Source: Candidatus Heimdallarchaeota archaeon (lineage in GTDB: Archaea > Asgardarchaeota > Heimdallarchaeia > Heimdallarchaeales > Heimdallarchaeaceae). Taken from it: a stretch of DNA of 64,000 nt. This document shows positions 10,295 through 21,334 of this stretch, one piece after another. The stretch lies in contig JAEOSZ010000011.1 of NCBI GenBank assembly GCA_016840095.1, positions 27,506-91,505 on the forward strand, written 5' to 3'. Under the pieces are notes generated by a model. The model saw nothing but the letters and a program-made list of their open reading frames with translations. It was not told the DNA's origin and made no database searches. Numbering within the stretch: the stretch's first letter is position 1; the number at the start of each line of letters is the position of its first letter. Made by a program: the position numbers and the translations under genes.

Positions 10295-11827
10295 TTAGCT
10301 TTCTTCTTCATCTTCAATTGCTTCTTTTTCTTCATTTCGTTTTCTTCTAAAAACTCTGTTAAAACCTTTAGACACTCCACTCTTCGTTTTTGAATATGCT
10401 CCACCGATCGCTCCTGCAACCTTCTTTGTTGGAGTAATAATCACTTTTCTAGCTGTTGATTTGGCACCATACTTAATTCCTTCTTTGATAAGCATATTTG
10501 CATAATCCTTCCATGAATCTTCACCACGCTTGATTCTTTCCAACCTTTCTTCCAATTCCTCGAAAGAAGGTAACATCTCAAATCTATAAAGCTCTGGAGA
10601 AGTATAGAAACGGAATCTGGAGGACCATCGATAACTTAGAAGGAAGAATATCATTAACACAGGTAGAAGTATAATTGCAAATTTATCTTTTAAACCAACT
10701 AGATCGTTAAGAGTGAAAAATGTTTGAGTGAATAAATCTTCAGTAGAGATGAACTGAAGTATAGTAACATGATATCCAAGAACTAATCCCATTAATGTAA
10801 TAAGAACACCAAGTGGTCCCATAAACTTAGGGATTTTTAGTAATCCCCATTGATCCTCAACTTTGGTTTCTTTAGCTCCTTTAGTAGGTGTTTCTTCGAT
10901 TGTGTAGATTATTTCCTCTTCTTCCTTATTTTCTATTTTCTTGATTCTTCTGCCATATCTAGAAACAGTATAGAAGATCAGGAATAGAGCCATAATTATA
11001 CTACCTGCATTATCGTATGGAATAATTGTGGATTCATTTCTATATTGGAAAGTATAAATGGCATATTTCCATAGTGTAAAAGAAGAAAATACGAAAAAGA
11101 ATGCTAGAATTGTGTAGAAAACATCATCTCTTTTACCCCATACAAAGATGATAATATTAACTAGAACTATAGCAAGCAACGCAAAAAAGATTGTGACTAA
11201 AACGAAAACAAGACTAGTTATAGTTTCTATTGTAATTGGTACCATTAAGAATCGTCTAATTGTATCATAAATTACATATCCTGCGAGAAAAGTATTTACC
11301 AACGAGAAAAAGAAAACAACACCACTAAAGATGATTGTACCTTCATCAGCTTGTTTTCCAAGAAACATTATACTTCCTAGAACTTTGTTTCCCCAAAAAT
11401 TTCTAGAAACTGAAAAAGTAAGAAACATTGAAACTACAATCCAGCTAAAATAACAAATCGCTGCAATATAAGGAGAGATTACAGGGACGAAGTATACTAA
11501 TGCTGCTCCTCCTGTAGCAAAAACTATAGCTGGAGGAACCCAGTATTTCAATGGGTATTTTGCGAAAAACAATCCAAACAAAACATAAGTAATTGCTACC
11601 GATATTTCTACAGATATCAGTATATTTCCAACTAGTTTTAGCAATGCAATTGTATCAGGTGAAACTATTGTTACATATTTACGAATTGCGTAAAATATAG
11701 TGGTGGTTAAACTGATAAGAACGAAAGCTACTGTGTAGAAAATATATCTTTTACTGAAGAGTACCTTTATGCCACTTATGAAGATATTCTTTATGTATTT
11801 GTAGAATGCTTTTTCAACATAAGACAT
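10295..11827 (-). CDS. Polytopic membrane protein of unknown function
   Basis: 510 aa with about 11-12 hydrophobic segments and a charged C-terminal tail. Confidence 0.75.
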   Translation of the reverse strand: MSYVEKAFYKYIKNIFISGIKVLFSKRYIFYTVAFVLISLTTTIFYAIRKYVTIVSPDTIALLKLVGNILISVEISVAITYVLFGLFFAKYPLKYWVPPAIVFATGGAALVYFVPVISPYIAAICYFSWIVVSMFLTFSVSRNFWGNKVLGSIMFLGKQADEGTIIFSGVVFFFSLVNTFLAGYVIYDTIRRFLMVPITIETITSLVFVLVTIFFALLAIVLVNIIIFVWGKRDDVFYTILAFFFVFSSFTLWKYAIYTFQYRNESTIIPYDNAGSIIMALFLIFYTVSRYGRRIKKIENKEEEEIIYTIEETPTKGAKETKVEDQWGLLKIPKFMGPLGVLITLMGLVLGYHVTILQFISTEDLFTQTFFTLNDLVGLKDKFAIILLPVLMIFFLLSYRWSSRFRFYTSPELYRFEMLPSFEELEERLERIKRGEDSWKDYANMLIKEGIKYGAKSTARKVIITPTKKVAGAIGGAYSKTKSGVSKGFNRVFRRKRNEEKEAIEDEEES

Positions 11828-11893
11828 GATTAATCAATAATATCGGTCTATAAAAAAAGTTTGGAAACAAATTGATTTTTGTTTTGAAGAATT

Positions 11894-12691
11894 TTGTTAT
11901 TCAGAACACCTTATATTACACTCATTGTTTATTCTATTAAACATCTGTTAGGTGTTATAATGATTAATGAGGTATATGTGATTCAGGAAAGTGGTATTCC
12001 ACTTTACTATTATAATTATGAACAAATCATCTCAAAGATACAAGTTAGAGATGATTTTTATACTCTTCAAGCAGGTTTCTTTGCTGCGCTTGTTCAATTT
12101 GGATCTGAACTAGCTCAAGATGAGTTAAAGTATATTATCTTCAACAATAGAACATATGGTATTAAAAGAAGTAACGATCTATTTGTAGTTTTTAGTGATA
12201 ATATCCAACTGTCTGTGGAACAGCTAAAAGAATTGGATAAGAAACTTGAAATTGCTTCCTCTTATATAAATAAGAAATTAGGCGACACAAATCTAGATAT
12301 CACTTATGCAATAAATGAGCATCAAATGGAACAGCTTATTGGTAATTTTAGTGAATTTCTTTATCAGGAAAAAATTATTGAAAAAGAAGAAATTTTGGAT
12401 AAAAATGTCCTAAAGAATCAGGTTCAAAAATTCGTTTTCAAAGCAATCGGCTATGAACCTGGAAAATGTAACATAGGACACAGAGAAAGAATGATTAGGC
12501 TAACCATGGGAATGATATCAATGATTATTGGTTTAGTTTATTTTGCTCTAGTAGCAGTGTACCCTATACTTCCTATCTGGACAGTTTTCTTTACTTTTAT
12601 TCCATTCTTAATAGGTTTTGTTGGAATCTATCAATCTTTCTTTAGATTCTGTGTTTCAAATGCATTTAGAAAAGTATACAATATGAATTAG
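11894..12691 (+). CDS. Longin-like domain fused to a C-terminal DUF2892/YgaP-like membrane hairpin (probable start 11960)
   Basis: MINEVYVIQESGIPLYYY...LQAGFFAALVQFGSEL...LKYIIF (longin-like); C-terminal YEPGKCNIGHRERMIR, two TM helices, RFCV. Confidence 0.65.
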   Translation: MLFRTPYITLIVYSIKHLLGVIMINEVYVIQESGIPLYYYNYEQIISKIQVRDDFYTLQAGFFAALVQFGSELAQDELKYIIFNNRTYGIKRSNDLFVVFSDNIQLSVEQLKELDKKLEIASSYINKKLGDTNLDITYAINEHQMEQLIGNFSEFLYQEKIIEKEEILDKNVLKNQVQKFVFKAIGYEPGKCNIGHRERMIRLTMGMISMIIGLVYFALVAVYPILPIWTVFFTFIPFLIGFVGIYQSFFRFCVSNAFRKVYNMN

Positions 12692-12702
12692 GTGGTAAAA
12701 AA

Positions 12703-12861
12703 ATGTCCAAAGTAGAATTAAAACTGAATTATGAAGGCGCGATTTCAAGCCCTGAAAACGTTAAGAAGGATTTTAAGAAAGCAATTAGAATAGTAGCACT
12801 CTCGTTTATATCAGCAGCAGTATTGAGTTCTATATTGTACTTATTACTTTTCTTTTCTTAA
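12703..12861 (+). CDS. Small tail-anchored membrane protein (52 aa)
   Basis: Manual ORF MSKVELKLNYEGAISSPENVKKDFKKAIRIVALSFISAAVLSSILYLLLFFS with a GGTGG SD at 12691-12695. Confidence 0.6.
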   Translation: MSKVELKLNYEGAISSPENVKKDFKKAIRIVALSFISAAVLSSILYLLLFFS

Positions 12862-12914
12862 TCTTTCATTCATAAATGTTATATAAGCTGAAATAAGTTT
12901 TTTAGAAGATAAGA

Positions 12915-13751
12915 ATGTTTGAGATTTTCGAAACTTTTCTCTTTGATGGAGATGGAGTTCTTTACAAAGAAGATTCACCTCTTCCAGGAGCTATTGAATT
13001 TTTACAATTACTTGCAAAAAGAGGCAAACAGATATTTATTTTAACAAATAATAGTACAAAAACTAGAGAAGAATTTCAAGAAAAACTGAAGAATTTAGGG
13101 ATAACTTTACCTATTGATCATATCCTAACTTCAGCATATCTAACAGCTAAATATATTGAGAAAGAAAGTCCCAACTCCTCTGTATATGTCATTGGAGAGC
13201 AAGGTTTGAAACAAGAGTTAACTTCTGTGGGATTGAACATAGTAAATAATTGGGAAGAAGAGAATGATGAGGATATCTTCAATCTAGGTTTCGATGAGAT
13301 AGAATATGTTGTTACTGGAATGGATAGAAGTTTCAATTATACAAAGATTGCTCGAGCTACACATATTCTAGTAAATTATGAGAAAGTTAAGTTTATTGCA
13401 ACAAATGGTGATTTTACTTTTCCAACAGTTCAAGGTTTAATTCCAGGTGGTGGCGCAATGATTGCGATTCTAGAAGCATTATCTGATAGAAAAGTTGCAG
13501 GAATAATTGGAAAACCAGCACCATTGATGTATGAAAAAGCTGTTGAGATTGCCAAATCAAAAAAGGAAGTTTCTATAATGTTTGGAGATAGAATTGAAAC
13601 AGATATTTATGGAGCTAATGATGCTGGAATTACTTCTTGTTTAGTATTATCTGGTGTAACAACCATGAATGATCTTGGGAAGCTTGTAAATGAAGAAGGT
13701 CCAGATATAATTATTAACAATCTTGCAGATGCTATTGAGGATTTTAACTAG
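12915..13751 (+). CDS. HAD-IIA hydrolase (NagD/phosphoglycolate phosphatase-like)
   Basis: FDGDGVLY, LTNNST, IGKP, GDRIETDI motifs. Confidence 0.92.
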   Translation: MFEIFETFLFDGDGVLYKEDSPLPGAIEFLQLLAKRGKQIFILTNNSTKTREEFQEKLKNLGITLPIDHILTSAYLTAKYIEKESPNSSVYVIGEQGLKQELTSVGLNIVNNWEEENDEDIFNLGFDEIEYVVTGMDRSFNYTKIARATHILVNYEKVKFIATNGDFTFPTVQGLIPGGGAMIAILEALSDRKVAGIIGKPAPLMYEKAVEIAKSKKEVSIMFGDRIETDIYGANDAGITSCLVLSGVTTMNDLGKLVNEEGPDIIINNLADAIEDFN

Positions 13752-13788
13752 CTCTTCACCTTAAATTTTTATAGTTGGAAACTATCAC

Positions 13789-16599
13789 ATGTTTGTGAAA
13801 CAAATTTCCTCTCTGGTTAATAAAAGCAAAGCATTTCTTCTTATCACTCTATGTTTGTTTTCATGCACATCATTTAGTAATGCTGTTGATGAATCAGCAT
13901 CAGTACCCTCTTGTGCCCCAGTTGAATTAGACAGTGTTGTTAGAGAAAAACTATTTTTAGATAAAATTCTGATATCAAAAGATAATGACTTCTTTAGAGT
14001 TTTAATTAAACCAAATAAAGAAGATGACATCAAGTCTCTTAAAATCTTAGGGAAGGATCTGAAGTTTTTTGACATATTTGATGGTATTGCAATAACAATT
14101 TCAAAAGCTGATTTACTGAATCAAATAGATAGAGGAAAAATTATATCAGTTTGGGAAAATTCTGTTATTACAGCTGCAGGTTCAGATACTCAACTAACTT
14201 CTTTAAGCTATACCAGAGATGTGGATGATTACAATAGCAAAGTAAAATCTCAAGCTCTCTGGGATTTAGGTTTTTATGGAAATGATACCATTGTAGCTAT
14301 CCTTGATACAGGGATAAAATCTACTCATCCTGCATTGAATGTTAATATGGACAATGAGAATAGGATAATAGATGGCTGGAATTTTATAGAAAACAATGCT
14401 AATTATGAGGATGATAATGGACATGGAACAAAAGTTGCAGGAATAATTGGTGGAAATGGTCTAGCCGGATATGATAGAGGTGTTGCTCCAAATTGTGATT
14501 TTCTAATTGGTAAGATTCTATCCTATGATGCCACAGGAACAGTTGAAGATTTAATTGAAGGATTAGATTGGGCAATTGCTAATGGAGCAGATGTGATAAA
14601 TCTCTCTTTAGGTAAAGATGTAACCGAAAAAGATTCACCTGAAGTTGAAGCAGTGAATAACGCAGTTGAAAGTGGAATTGTAGTTTGTGTTGCTTCAGGA
14701 AATTCCCGTGGAGATCCTTCATTAGGATATAATGACAAATATACAGTTTTAAGTCCTGGAATTTCCATGAAAGCAATTACAGTAGGAGCTGTAGATAATA
14801 ATAGTGTTCTATATGAAAAAAGCAGTGCTGGACCAATAGTACCTCATTATAATCAGAGTTCTGAGAATCTTCTCTTAGATTCTCCAGATTTTGATGAAAC
14901 TTGGATGAAACCAGATGTTGTTGCTCCAGGTGTTTTATTAAATACAACCTCAACACATCTACAAGGAACAACATTGGCTTCTGGAACAAGTTATTCTACT
15001 GCTGTTGTTTCTGGAGTTTGTTCTTTATTAAAACAAGTTTACCCTGACCAAAAACCATCTGTGTTGAAAGCTTCATTGTTAGAAACTTCAGAATCATTGG
15101 TAATAGATTACATCTCCCCTTATGCTGAACACATAAATTTCTTAATCCCTGAGACACATCAAGGTGCAGGATTAGTAGATGTTAATGAATCTAGAGTATA
15201 TTTGCAAAATCCAAACAGTATAACAGTTTGGCCATCAAATGCTCCATATTTAAGAAATATCTTCTTGAAAAATGAAAGACATTCATTTTACATACACCTT
15301 TTTATCAACAAGGAAATCAACAGATTGAGCTTAATTCTTCCAGCCCCCTTAAGTGATTTCTTTAGTTTATCAATTCCTTCATTTTACGATATTGGTCAAT
15401 ATGATTTGCTTGTTAATTTTACAACTGAGAATCTTTATACAGGACACATAGTAAATAGCATTGATTTCAATGTTAGTTCTGAGATTTTTTCATTAAATAT
15501 CGATTTCCAAGTAAGATATGGAAAAGGTAGAATCTTGTTTGATGTTAGTGAGAATGGTAACCAACAATTTTATTCAATGTTTGGAAATCTTCATTATCTT
15601 TATGACTTTGCAAGAAGCTATGGTTTAACCCCTCAAGTGCTTAATATTGATGGAGATGCTGAACAACTAAGCCAAATGAATCTTAACGATTTTGAAGTAA
15701 TTGCTTTGATTAATCCATCATTTAATAGTCTTACATCACTAGATGAAGCAATTATATCTGATTATATTTACCCTGGAGGAGAGTATCAAGGTGGAACATT
15801 GATTATTCTTCCTTCAGATCTAAGTAATGTGACTAAACTCAATAGTATTCTGGGGATAACAGATATAGTGTATACACCTACAGGATTAATCAATGAAACT
15901 ATAGACTTAACACTAGAAGCTCATCGAATTGCTTCATATCCAAGTGAAATTCAGCAATTATTCATCCCCTCTCCTTTTGAAGTGATAAGGTATAATGATT
16001 CTCTAAATTCAATTGCTGATCGATTTGCTTATTATGATAATAGAGAAAATAATGGTTCACTCATTATCGCAGCAAATGATTTGGATATGTTTCTAAATTC
16101 ACCTTATCTTTACAATGAGTTTAAAATTAATTATGACATTTCAAATTTAGTCTTAAATTTCGGTGATAATTTAGAATTACTAGAAAATATAATCAGTAAT
16201 TCTGTTGAAACTTTAGTTGACATTAACTATACTATTTCTGAGTTAGAGGTTGTACAAGGAAAGGAAACCTTGGAGATTAGAACAAATGCCGTTAATACTT
16301 ACAAACCTCTAACTAATTGGGATTTCTATTTGACTATAGAGAAAAATGGCATTATTCTTGCTCGAAGTTATGATGTAATAGATTATGAGAATGGAACTCA
16401 TTTGCTTGTTTTCAATCCAGCTAATTTTTCTATCTCTCCTCAAAAATATACTCTTGCAGTTCGTTCATCAGCAGGGACATATTATTGGACAATCCGAATT
16501 ATAGCCAATGTTTCTTGGGGACCAATTGTTGTTGAAATCTCATTGGCATTATGTATTGTATATTTGCTTATAGTTAGAAAAAAAAGACCTAAGTCGTAA
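13789..16599 (+). CDS. Membrane-anchored subtilisin-like S8 serine peptidase
   Basis: Signal peptide; catalytic triad ILDTG, HGTKVAG, GTSYS; C-terminal TM plus RKKRPK. Confidence 0.92.
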   Translation: MFVKQISSLVNKSKAFLLITLCLFSCTSFSNAVDESASVPSCAPVELDSVVREKLFLDKILISKDNDFFRVLIKPNKEDDIKSLKILGKDLKFFDIFDGIAITISKADLLNQIDRGKIISVWENSVITAAGSDTQLTSLSYTRDVDDYNSKVKSQALWDLGFYGNDTIVAILDTGIKSTHPALNVNMDNENRIIDGWNFIENNANYEDDNGHGTKVAGIIGGNGLAGYDRGVAPNCDFLIGKILSYDATGTVEDLIEGLDWAIANGADVINLSLGKDVTEKDSPEVEAVNNAVESGIVVCVASGNSRGDPSLGYNDKYTVLSPGISMKAITVGAVDNNSVLYEKSSAGPIVPHYNQSSENLLLDSPDFDETWMKPDVVAPGVLLNTTSTHLQGTTLASGTSYSTAVVSGVCSLLKQVYPDQKPSVLKASLLETSESLVIDYISPYAEHINFLIPETHQGAGLVDVNESRVYLQNPNSITVWPSNAPYLRNIFLKNERHSFYIHLFINKEINRLSLILPAPLSDFFSLSIPSFYDIGQYDLLVNFTTENLYTGHIVNSIDFNVSSEIFSLNIDFQVRYGKGRILFDVSENGNQQFYSMFGNLHYLYDFARSYGLTPQVLNIDGDAEQLSQMNLNDFEVIALINPSFNSLTSLDEAIISDYIYPGGEYQGGTLIILPSDLSNVTKLNSILGITDIVYTPTGLINETIDLTLEAHRIASYPSEIQQLFIPSPFEVIRYNDSLNSIADRFAYYDNRENNGSLIIAANDLDMFLNSPYLYNEFKINYDISNLVLNFGDNLELLENIISNSVETLVDINYTISELEVVQGKETLEIRTNAVNTYKPLTNWDFYLTIEKNGIILARSYDVIDYENGTHLLVFNPANFSISPQKYTLAVRSSAGTYYWTIRIIANVSWGPIVVEISLALCIVYLLIVRKKRPKS

Positions 16600-16993
16600 G
16601 GATTTGATAAACCTTCTTTCCATATTTACCCAATATGTTCATTGCAAGTGCTAATGTATAGATGTCTTTAGATGCAGCGAGAACTATATATTGATCAAGA
16701 TTTAGTAGTATAACAAAACCTTCTGATCCTTTTATTATTACTTGATCAAGGTTACCACACTTAATTTGGTTTACTGTTTGCTGTCCTGCTGAATTAAGAG
16801 CTGATGCTAATGCTGACATTACTACCTGATCTGTACTTCGTTCTGCAAAGAAAGCTAATTCTTGCCCTTCAGAACTCACTACAGCAATAGCACTGAGGCT
16901 ACATTCTCTTGAGATATCTCGCAAAATTACTAATAATTCATTTTTCTTTTCAGGTGAGAGAGTTTCGAACATTAATCTATAATGAGTGTGCAA
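16589..16993 (-). CDS. Roadblock/LC7 domain protein (probable start 16972)
   Basis: AIAVVSSEGQELA...MSALASAL...LDQVIIKGSEGFVIL. Confidence 0.85.
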   Translation of the reverse strand: MHTHYRLMFETLSPEKKNELLVILRDISRECSLSAIAVVSSEGQELAFFAERSTDQVVMSALASALNSAGQQTVNQIKCGNLDQVIIKGSEGFVILLNLDQYIVLAASKDIYTLALAMNILGKYGKKVYQILTT

Positions 16994-17023
16994 AATTATA
17001 AACTTTCGTAAATGAATCAGATT

Positions 17024-17650
17024 CTAAATGAGTCTGTCTCTATGTGTTCTACAAACAGGAGTATAGATTTCAAAACTTGATGACTTGGATTTATAATTCC
17101 AAGAATTTAACGCAAAAGCCTCCTTTCCACAGATAAAGCAAGCTTTTTCATCTACTAAAGGCAATTTCTTTCTTGGCATTCTGTTCCAGTGATTTTTGAA
17201 CTCTTCAAAACTCTCTAGATATTTTTGATGCATTTCTTTAGCCCCTCTGTCTTCGCTTGTAGTATGTCCTGTAATGAAGATAATATAACTCCAGAGCACT
17301 ATATCAAGGATATTTCCAAATGATTTTATTGGAATATAGTGATAACCTTTGATAACAATTTGATGAAAGCTTGGTTTAACAACGTAATCTATCACTAAAT
17401 CTCTTCTTTGGGCAGATTGTCCTAATTCCAGCTTGTATTTCTTTGAAATATTTACGATTCTTTGACTCAGCTCTTCAAACAACCAATCTATTGTTTTCTG
17501 ACTTCCTCGTTTTCTACTATTTAGAAATTTAATTTCTAGAATAGGAAATGAGATAGTAATGAAAGCCTCCCCTACAGCAGAATTAGCTTTACGGACTAGA
17601 TACTCATATAATCCAGAAGGATAGGTGATTTTACTTTTATCAAAGCTCAA
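17024..17650 (-). CDS. Hypothetical protein with a C-terminal Zn finger
   Basis: CFICG...PVCRTH at the C-terminus. Confidence 0.6.
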   Translation of the reverse strand: MSFDKSKITYPSGLYEYLVRKANSAVGEAFITISFPILEIKFLNSRKRGSQKTIDWLFEELSQRIVNISKKYKLELGQSAQRRDLVIDYVVKPSFHQIVIKGYHYIPIKSFGNILDIVLWSYIIFITGHTTSEDRGAKEMHQKYLESFEEFKNHWNRMPRKKLPLVDEKACFICGKEAFALNSWNYKSKSSSFEIYTPVCRTHRDRLI

Positions 17651-17719
17651 ATCTTTTCACTTGTAGGTCTTTCTTAAATTACATTATGAAAAAAACTAGC
17701 CTAAAAACTTAATGTAAGA

Positions 17720-18049
17720 TTATTTGCCTTTTGCAGTACTTTCAACTAAAGCTTTTAGCTTATCTCGCTTTGCTCCTATAAGAGAGTTGAATGGTTTTCC
17801 ATCTTTAAAGACAACAAATGTAGGAAGACTCGAAATCATGTATTTTTGAGCAAAAATTGATTCTTCGTCCATGTTCATACGAAGGAATCTTACTGTATTT
17901 GCATGTTTTTCAGATAACTGTTCAAAGAATGGTTCAATACTTCTACAAGGTCCACACCATGGTGCCCAGGTATCTACAATAATTGGTTTAGTTTCTGTTT
18001 TTAGAATATTTTCAAATTCTTCATTTGTCACATTTGGTACTTTACCCAT
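17720..18049 (-). CDS. trxA: Thioredoxin
   Basis: WAPWCGPC motif, cis-Pro SLPT, 109 aa. Confidence 0.95.
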   Translation of the reverse strand: MGKVPNVTNEEFENILKTETKPIIVDTWAPWCGPCRSIEPFFEQLSEKHANTVRFLRMNMDEESIFAQKYMISSLPTFVVFKDGKPFNSLIGAKRDKLKALVESTAKGK

Positions 18050-18243
18050 TTAGTTCCCCTTTCAGCTTTCTCAAGAGTTTAGATAGTGTTTTTTGCACTA
18101 CTATATATCTATTCACATTTTGAGTAATTTTTTCAAATAAAAGTTTATGTAAAACAACCGACAGAAGGAAAGTTTAAGTATTTTTCAAAATAGTTTGTAG
18201 AAGTAGAATAGAGAAGTTTGTTATAACCTAGGAGCAAAAATCC

Positions 18244-20268
18244 ATGAATTCTCGCATTTATGATTCAATAAAAGAACAACTACAAGAGATTCTTCTAAAG
18301 AAATACAAAGTTACAACAGAATTAGTATGGTCTAAGCCCCATACTTCTGATTTGGGGGATATAAGTTTTCCATTATTTAATGTAGCAAAAGAAACTTCTA
18401 AATCTCCTCAAGATGTTGGTCAAGAATTGATTAGTAATCTTTCAAAAACAGAAATCATAGAAAAAGTTGAGCTAAAAGGTGGTTTTCTTAATATTTTTCT
18501 CAATCAAAATGAGTTTACAAAATTAACTCTGTTAAACATTGTTTCTACAGATGTTTATGGAAAAAGTAATTCTAGAAAGGATGAAAGAGTTATCGTAGAG
18601 CATACTTCAGCAAACCCCATTAGTCCATTACACATAGGAAATATTCGAAATTCTATTCTAGGGGATGTTATTGGACGTATGTATAGATTCCTAGGCGCGG
18701 CTGTAAATTTTAGATATTACGTTAATGATTTAGGACGTCAAATTGCTCCAGTAATAATTGGTTATTTCTTATTAAAAGAGAAAAAAATCAAACCTGACAC
18801 TAAGATCGATATCTGGATTGGAAAGATATATGCTTTAATGAATACTTTTTATGAAATTTATTTGGCAAAAAAGGAAATTGAAAAATTATCTATTAAACCA
18901 ATTTCTGAGAAGTCTTCTTATGTAATAGATGAAGCTGAATTAGAATATTATGAATCAGAACTAGAAAAATTGGATACTGCTAAACAACAGAAAGAGAGAA
19001 TAGTTAAGCAATTACGCAAACTCAATCGTGTTCAAAATTCACTAAAAGTGAAATTGCCACAGTTATATCTTCATCTGAAAAATCTTCTTGATCTGAAGAT
19101 TGAAGATTTAGAGGAATTGGTAAACTCACATCTTGCAGCTTACTTTGATGGAAGAGATGAAGTAATAAAGAAGAAATTTAGAGAAGTGACAGAAAGTACT
19201 ATGTCTGGACATACTGAAACACTGAATCTCTACAATATTCATCATGAGGTCTTTGACTGGGAATCGGAAGTTGCATGGTCTGGTGAAGTCGATAAGATAC
19301 TTTCTCAATTAGATGTAAACGGATTTCTTAGACACGATGGACAGGCTCTTTTACTCAGAAATGATATAATTGCATCACAATTAGGTTTCAAAGAAAAATA
19401 TAATATCAAGCATGAAATTCCTGATTTAATCTTAGTTAATTCTGAAGGAGTTGCCCTATATCCTTGTAGAGATATTGCATATCATCTCAATAAATTGGAG
19501 AAATTTAATGCAAACTATTGTATCAATGTAATTGGTAAAGACCAACAACTTGCACAATTATCAGTAAGAACAGCTTTGTATGGTTTGGGAGAAAAAGAAA
19601 AAGCTGATAGTATCTTGCATTATGATTATGAGATTGTTACTTTAGAAGGAGAAAAAATGGCAGGTAGAGAATTTGAATATGTTACATGTGATGAGTTACT
19701 TGAATTTGCAAAAAATGAAATAGATAATATTCTTGAAAATCGTGATTATACGCCAGAAATTAAGAAAGTAATTTCAAGTAAGGTATCTACAAGTAGTATT
19801 CGTTATTCAATACTTAAAATTGATCCACAGAAAGCTGTTGATATCATTGTAAAAAAGGCAGTAGATCCAAATGAAAATTCAGGTCCTTTTCTGCAGTACT
19901 CCTATGCTAGAGCATTAAACATTCTAGAAAAAGCTCCTGAGAAAGATATTGATGTAAATGAGATAATTAAGTCTGCAAAAGACATCAATTACTCAATAAA
20001 AAACGAAGCTGAATGGAGAATTGTTAATCTAATGGAAGAACTCCCATTTGTCATTTCAAGGGCTTTAGAACAACTCAAACCTGACACTGTTGCGAATTAT
20101 GCATTTTCATTAGCTTCAGCTTTCCACAAATTCTATGATGCATGTCCAGTTTTACAAGCTGAAGATAAAAACAGTCTTGATACAAGAGTTACAATAGTTC
20201 ATTCTTTTGCAAAAAGTCTGGAGAGTCTGTTTGAAGTAATGGGTATAGATACTTTGGAAAAAATGTAG
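18244..20268 (+). CDS. argS: Arginine--tRNA ligase
   Basis: VEHTSANP...LHIGNIRN, RDIAYH, SGPFLQYSYARA, FHKFYDACPVL, C-terminal LEKM. Confidence 0.95.
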   Translation: MNSRIYDSIKEQLQEILLKKYKVTTELVWSKPHTSDLGDISFPLFNVAKETSKSPQDVGQELISNLSKTEIIEKVELKGGFLNIFLNQNEFTKLTLLNIVSTDVYGKSNSRKDERVIVEHTSANPISPLHIGNIRNSILGDVIGRMYRFLGAAVNFRYYVNDLGRQIAPVIIGYFLLKEKKIKPDTKIDIWIGKIYALMNTFYEIYLAKKEIEKLSIKPISEKSSYVIDEAELEYYESELEKLDTAKQQKERIVKQLRKLNRVQNSLKVKLPQLYLHLKNLLDLKIEDLEELVNSHLAAYFDGRDEVIKKKFREVTESTMSGHTETLNLYNIHHEVFDWESEVAWSGEVDKILSQLDVNGFLRHDGQALLLRNDIIASQLGFKEKYNIKHEIPDLILVNSEGVALYPCRDIAYHLNKLEKFNANYCINVIGKDQQLAQLSVRTALYGLGEKEKADSILHYDYEIVTLEGEKMAGREFEYVTCDELLEFAKNEIDNILENRDYTPEIKKVISSKVSTSSIRYSILKIDPQKAVDIIVKKAVDPNENSGPFLQYSYARALNILEKAPEKDIDVNEIIKSAKDINYSIKNEAEWRIVNLMEELPFVISRALEQLKPDTVANYAFSLASAFHKFYDACPVLQAEDKNSLDTRVTIVHSFAKSLESLFEVMGIDTLEKM

Positions 20269-20279
20269 GTGAGGTTATC

Positions 20280-21290
20280 GTGTTAAAGGATACAATGATC
20301 TATGGAGGTTTTGATCCAGCTTTTATTGATATTGATATTCAACCTATCAACCAGAAAAAAACAGGATTTATCAAAGAACTTCCTAAAACAGGATCTCATC
20401 ATATTAATACAAAAATAGATTTTCAACCCGGTGGAAATGGTTTCAACCTTTGTAGAACTTTAGCAACACTAGGTAGAAATATAACTTATGTAGGACCTTC
20501 TTCTACCTTCTTTGAAAAATTAGTGAAAGACAAAGGCATCCCGGTGAAAATCACAACAATTGAGAATGTTAATGTAAATTATACTACAATACTAAATATG
20601 TTGGATGGAGAAATTCAATTCAATTCAGTTCAAGGAAATCTTTCAATAGGAAACTTAACTCCAAAAATTATCAACTATTATCGCGAGAGTCCTTTAAAAC
20701 CAATTAGTAATGTAGCTCTTAATGCGTCTTCAGTTGAATGGATAAGTTCTCTTCTTCTAAGTCTAGTAGATGAAAACATACTTGATAGGATTGAAAATGA
20801 AATTGAATCACTTGATCTTTTGACCTCATGTTCTGGAGTTTCTTTTGATGGAATTATTTTCATAGATCCTTCTGATATTTCTAAATATGATAGAATAATT
20901 GAATTCAGCACAATATTAAAACAGTTAAGTAAATTTGAAGGAGAAAAATATCTCTCAGTCAATGAACATGAATTAGCTACACTAACAGATAAATTTTCAA
21001 AGTCACCTGCAGAATTATCAGAACATCTAAAATTACCTATCATTTTTCACTCAGCTGAACAAGTCATTTTCTATGGAAAAGAAAAAATCATGTTAAAAGC
21101 AAAGGAATTAGAACGAAAAGTGAAATTTGTAGGAGCAGGTGATTGTTTTAATGGTGCTTTTCTAGATTCAATTTTCGATTCTTGTTCCATTGAAGATTCC
21201 TTATCATATGCTATAGATGCTGCATCACATCTGATTGAGACTGGAATATACCCAGACTCATTACATATCTCAAAAAGAATAAATAGCTAA
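20280..21290 (+). CDS. PfkB/ribokinase-family carbohydrate kinase
   Basis: PGGNGFN and VGAGDCFNGAF motifs; NEHE. Confidence 0.85.
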   Translation: MLKDTMIYGGFDPAFIDIDIQPINQKKTGFIKELPKTGSHHINTKIDFQPGGNGFNLCRTLATLGRNITYVGPSSTFFEKLVKDKGIPVKITTIENVNVNYTTILNMLDGEIQFNSVQGNLSIGNLTPKIINYYRESPLKPISNVALNASSVEWISSLLLSLVDENILDRIENEIESLDLLTSCSGVSFDGIIFIDPSDISKYDRIIEFSTILKQLSKFEGEKYLSVNEHELATLTDKFSKSPAELSEHLKLPIIFHSAEQVIFYGKEKIMLKAKELERKVKFVGAGDCFNGAFLDSIFDSCSIEDSLSYAIDAASHLIETGIYPDSLHISKRINS

Positions 21291-21334
21291 ACATTAGATA
21301 TAACTTAAGCCTTTATACGGATGTTTATAGTACA

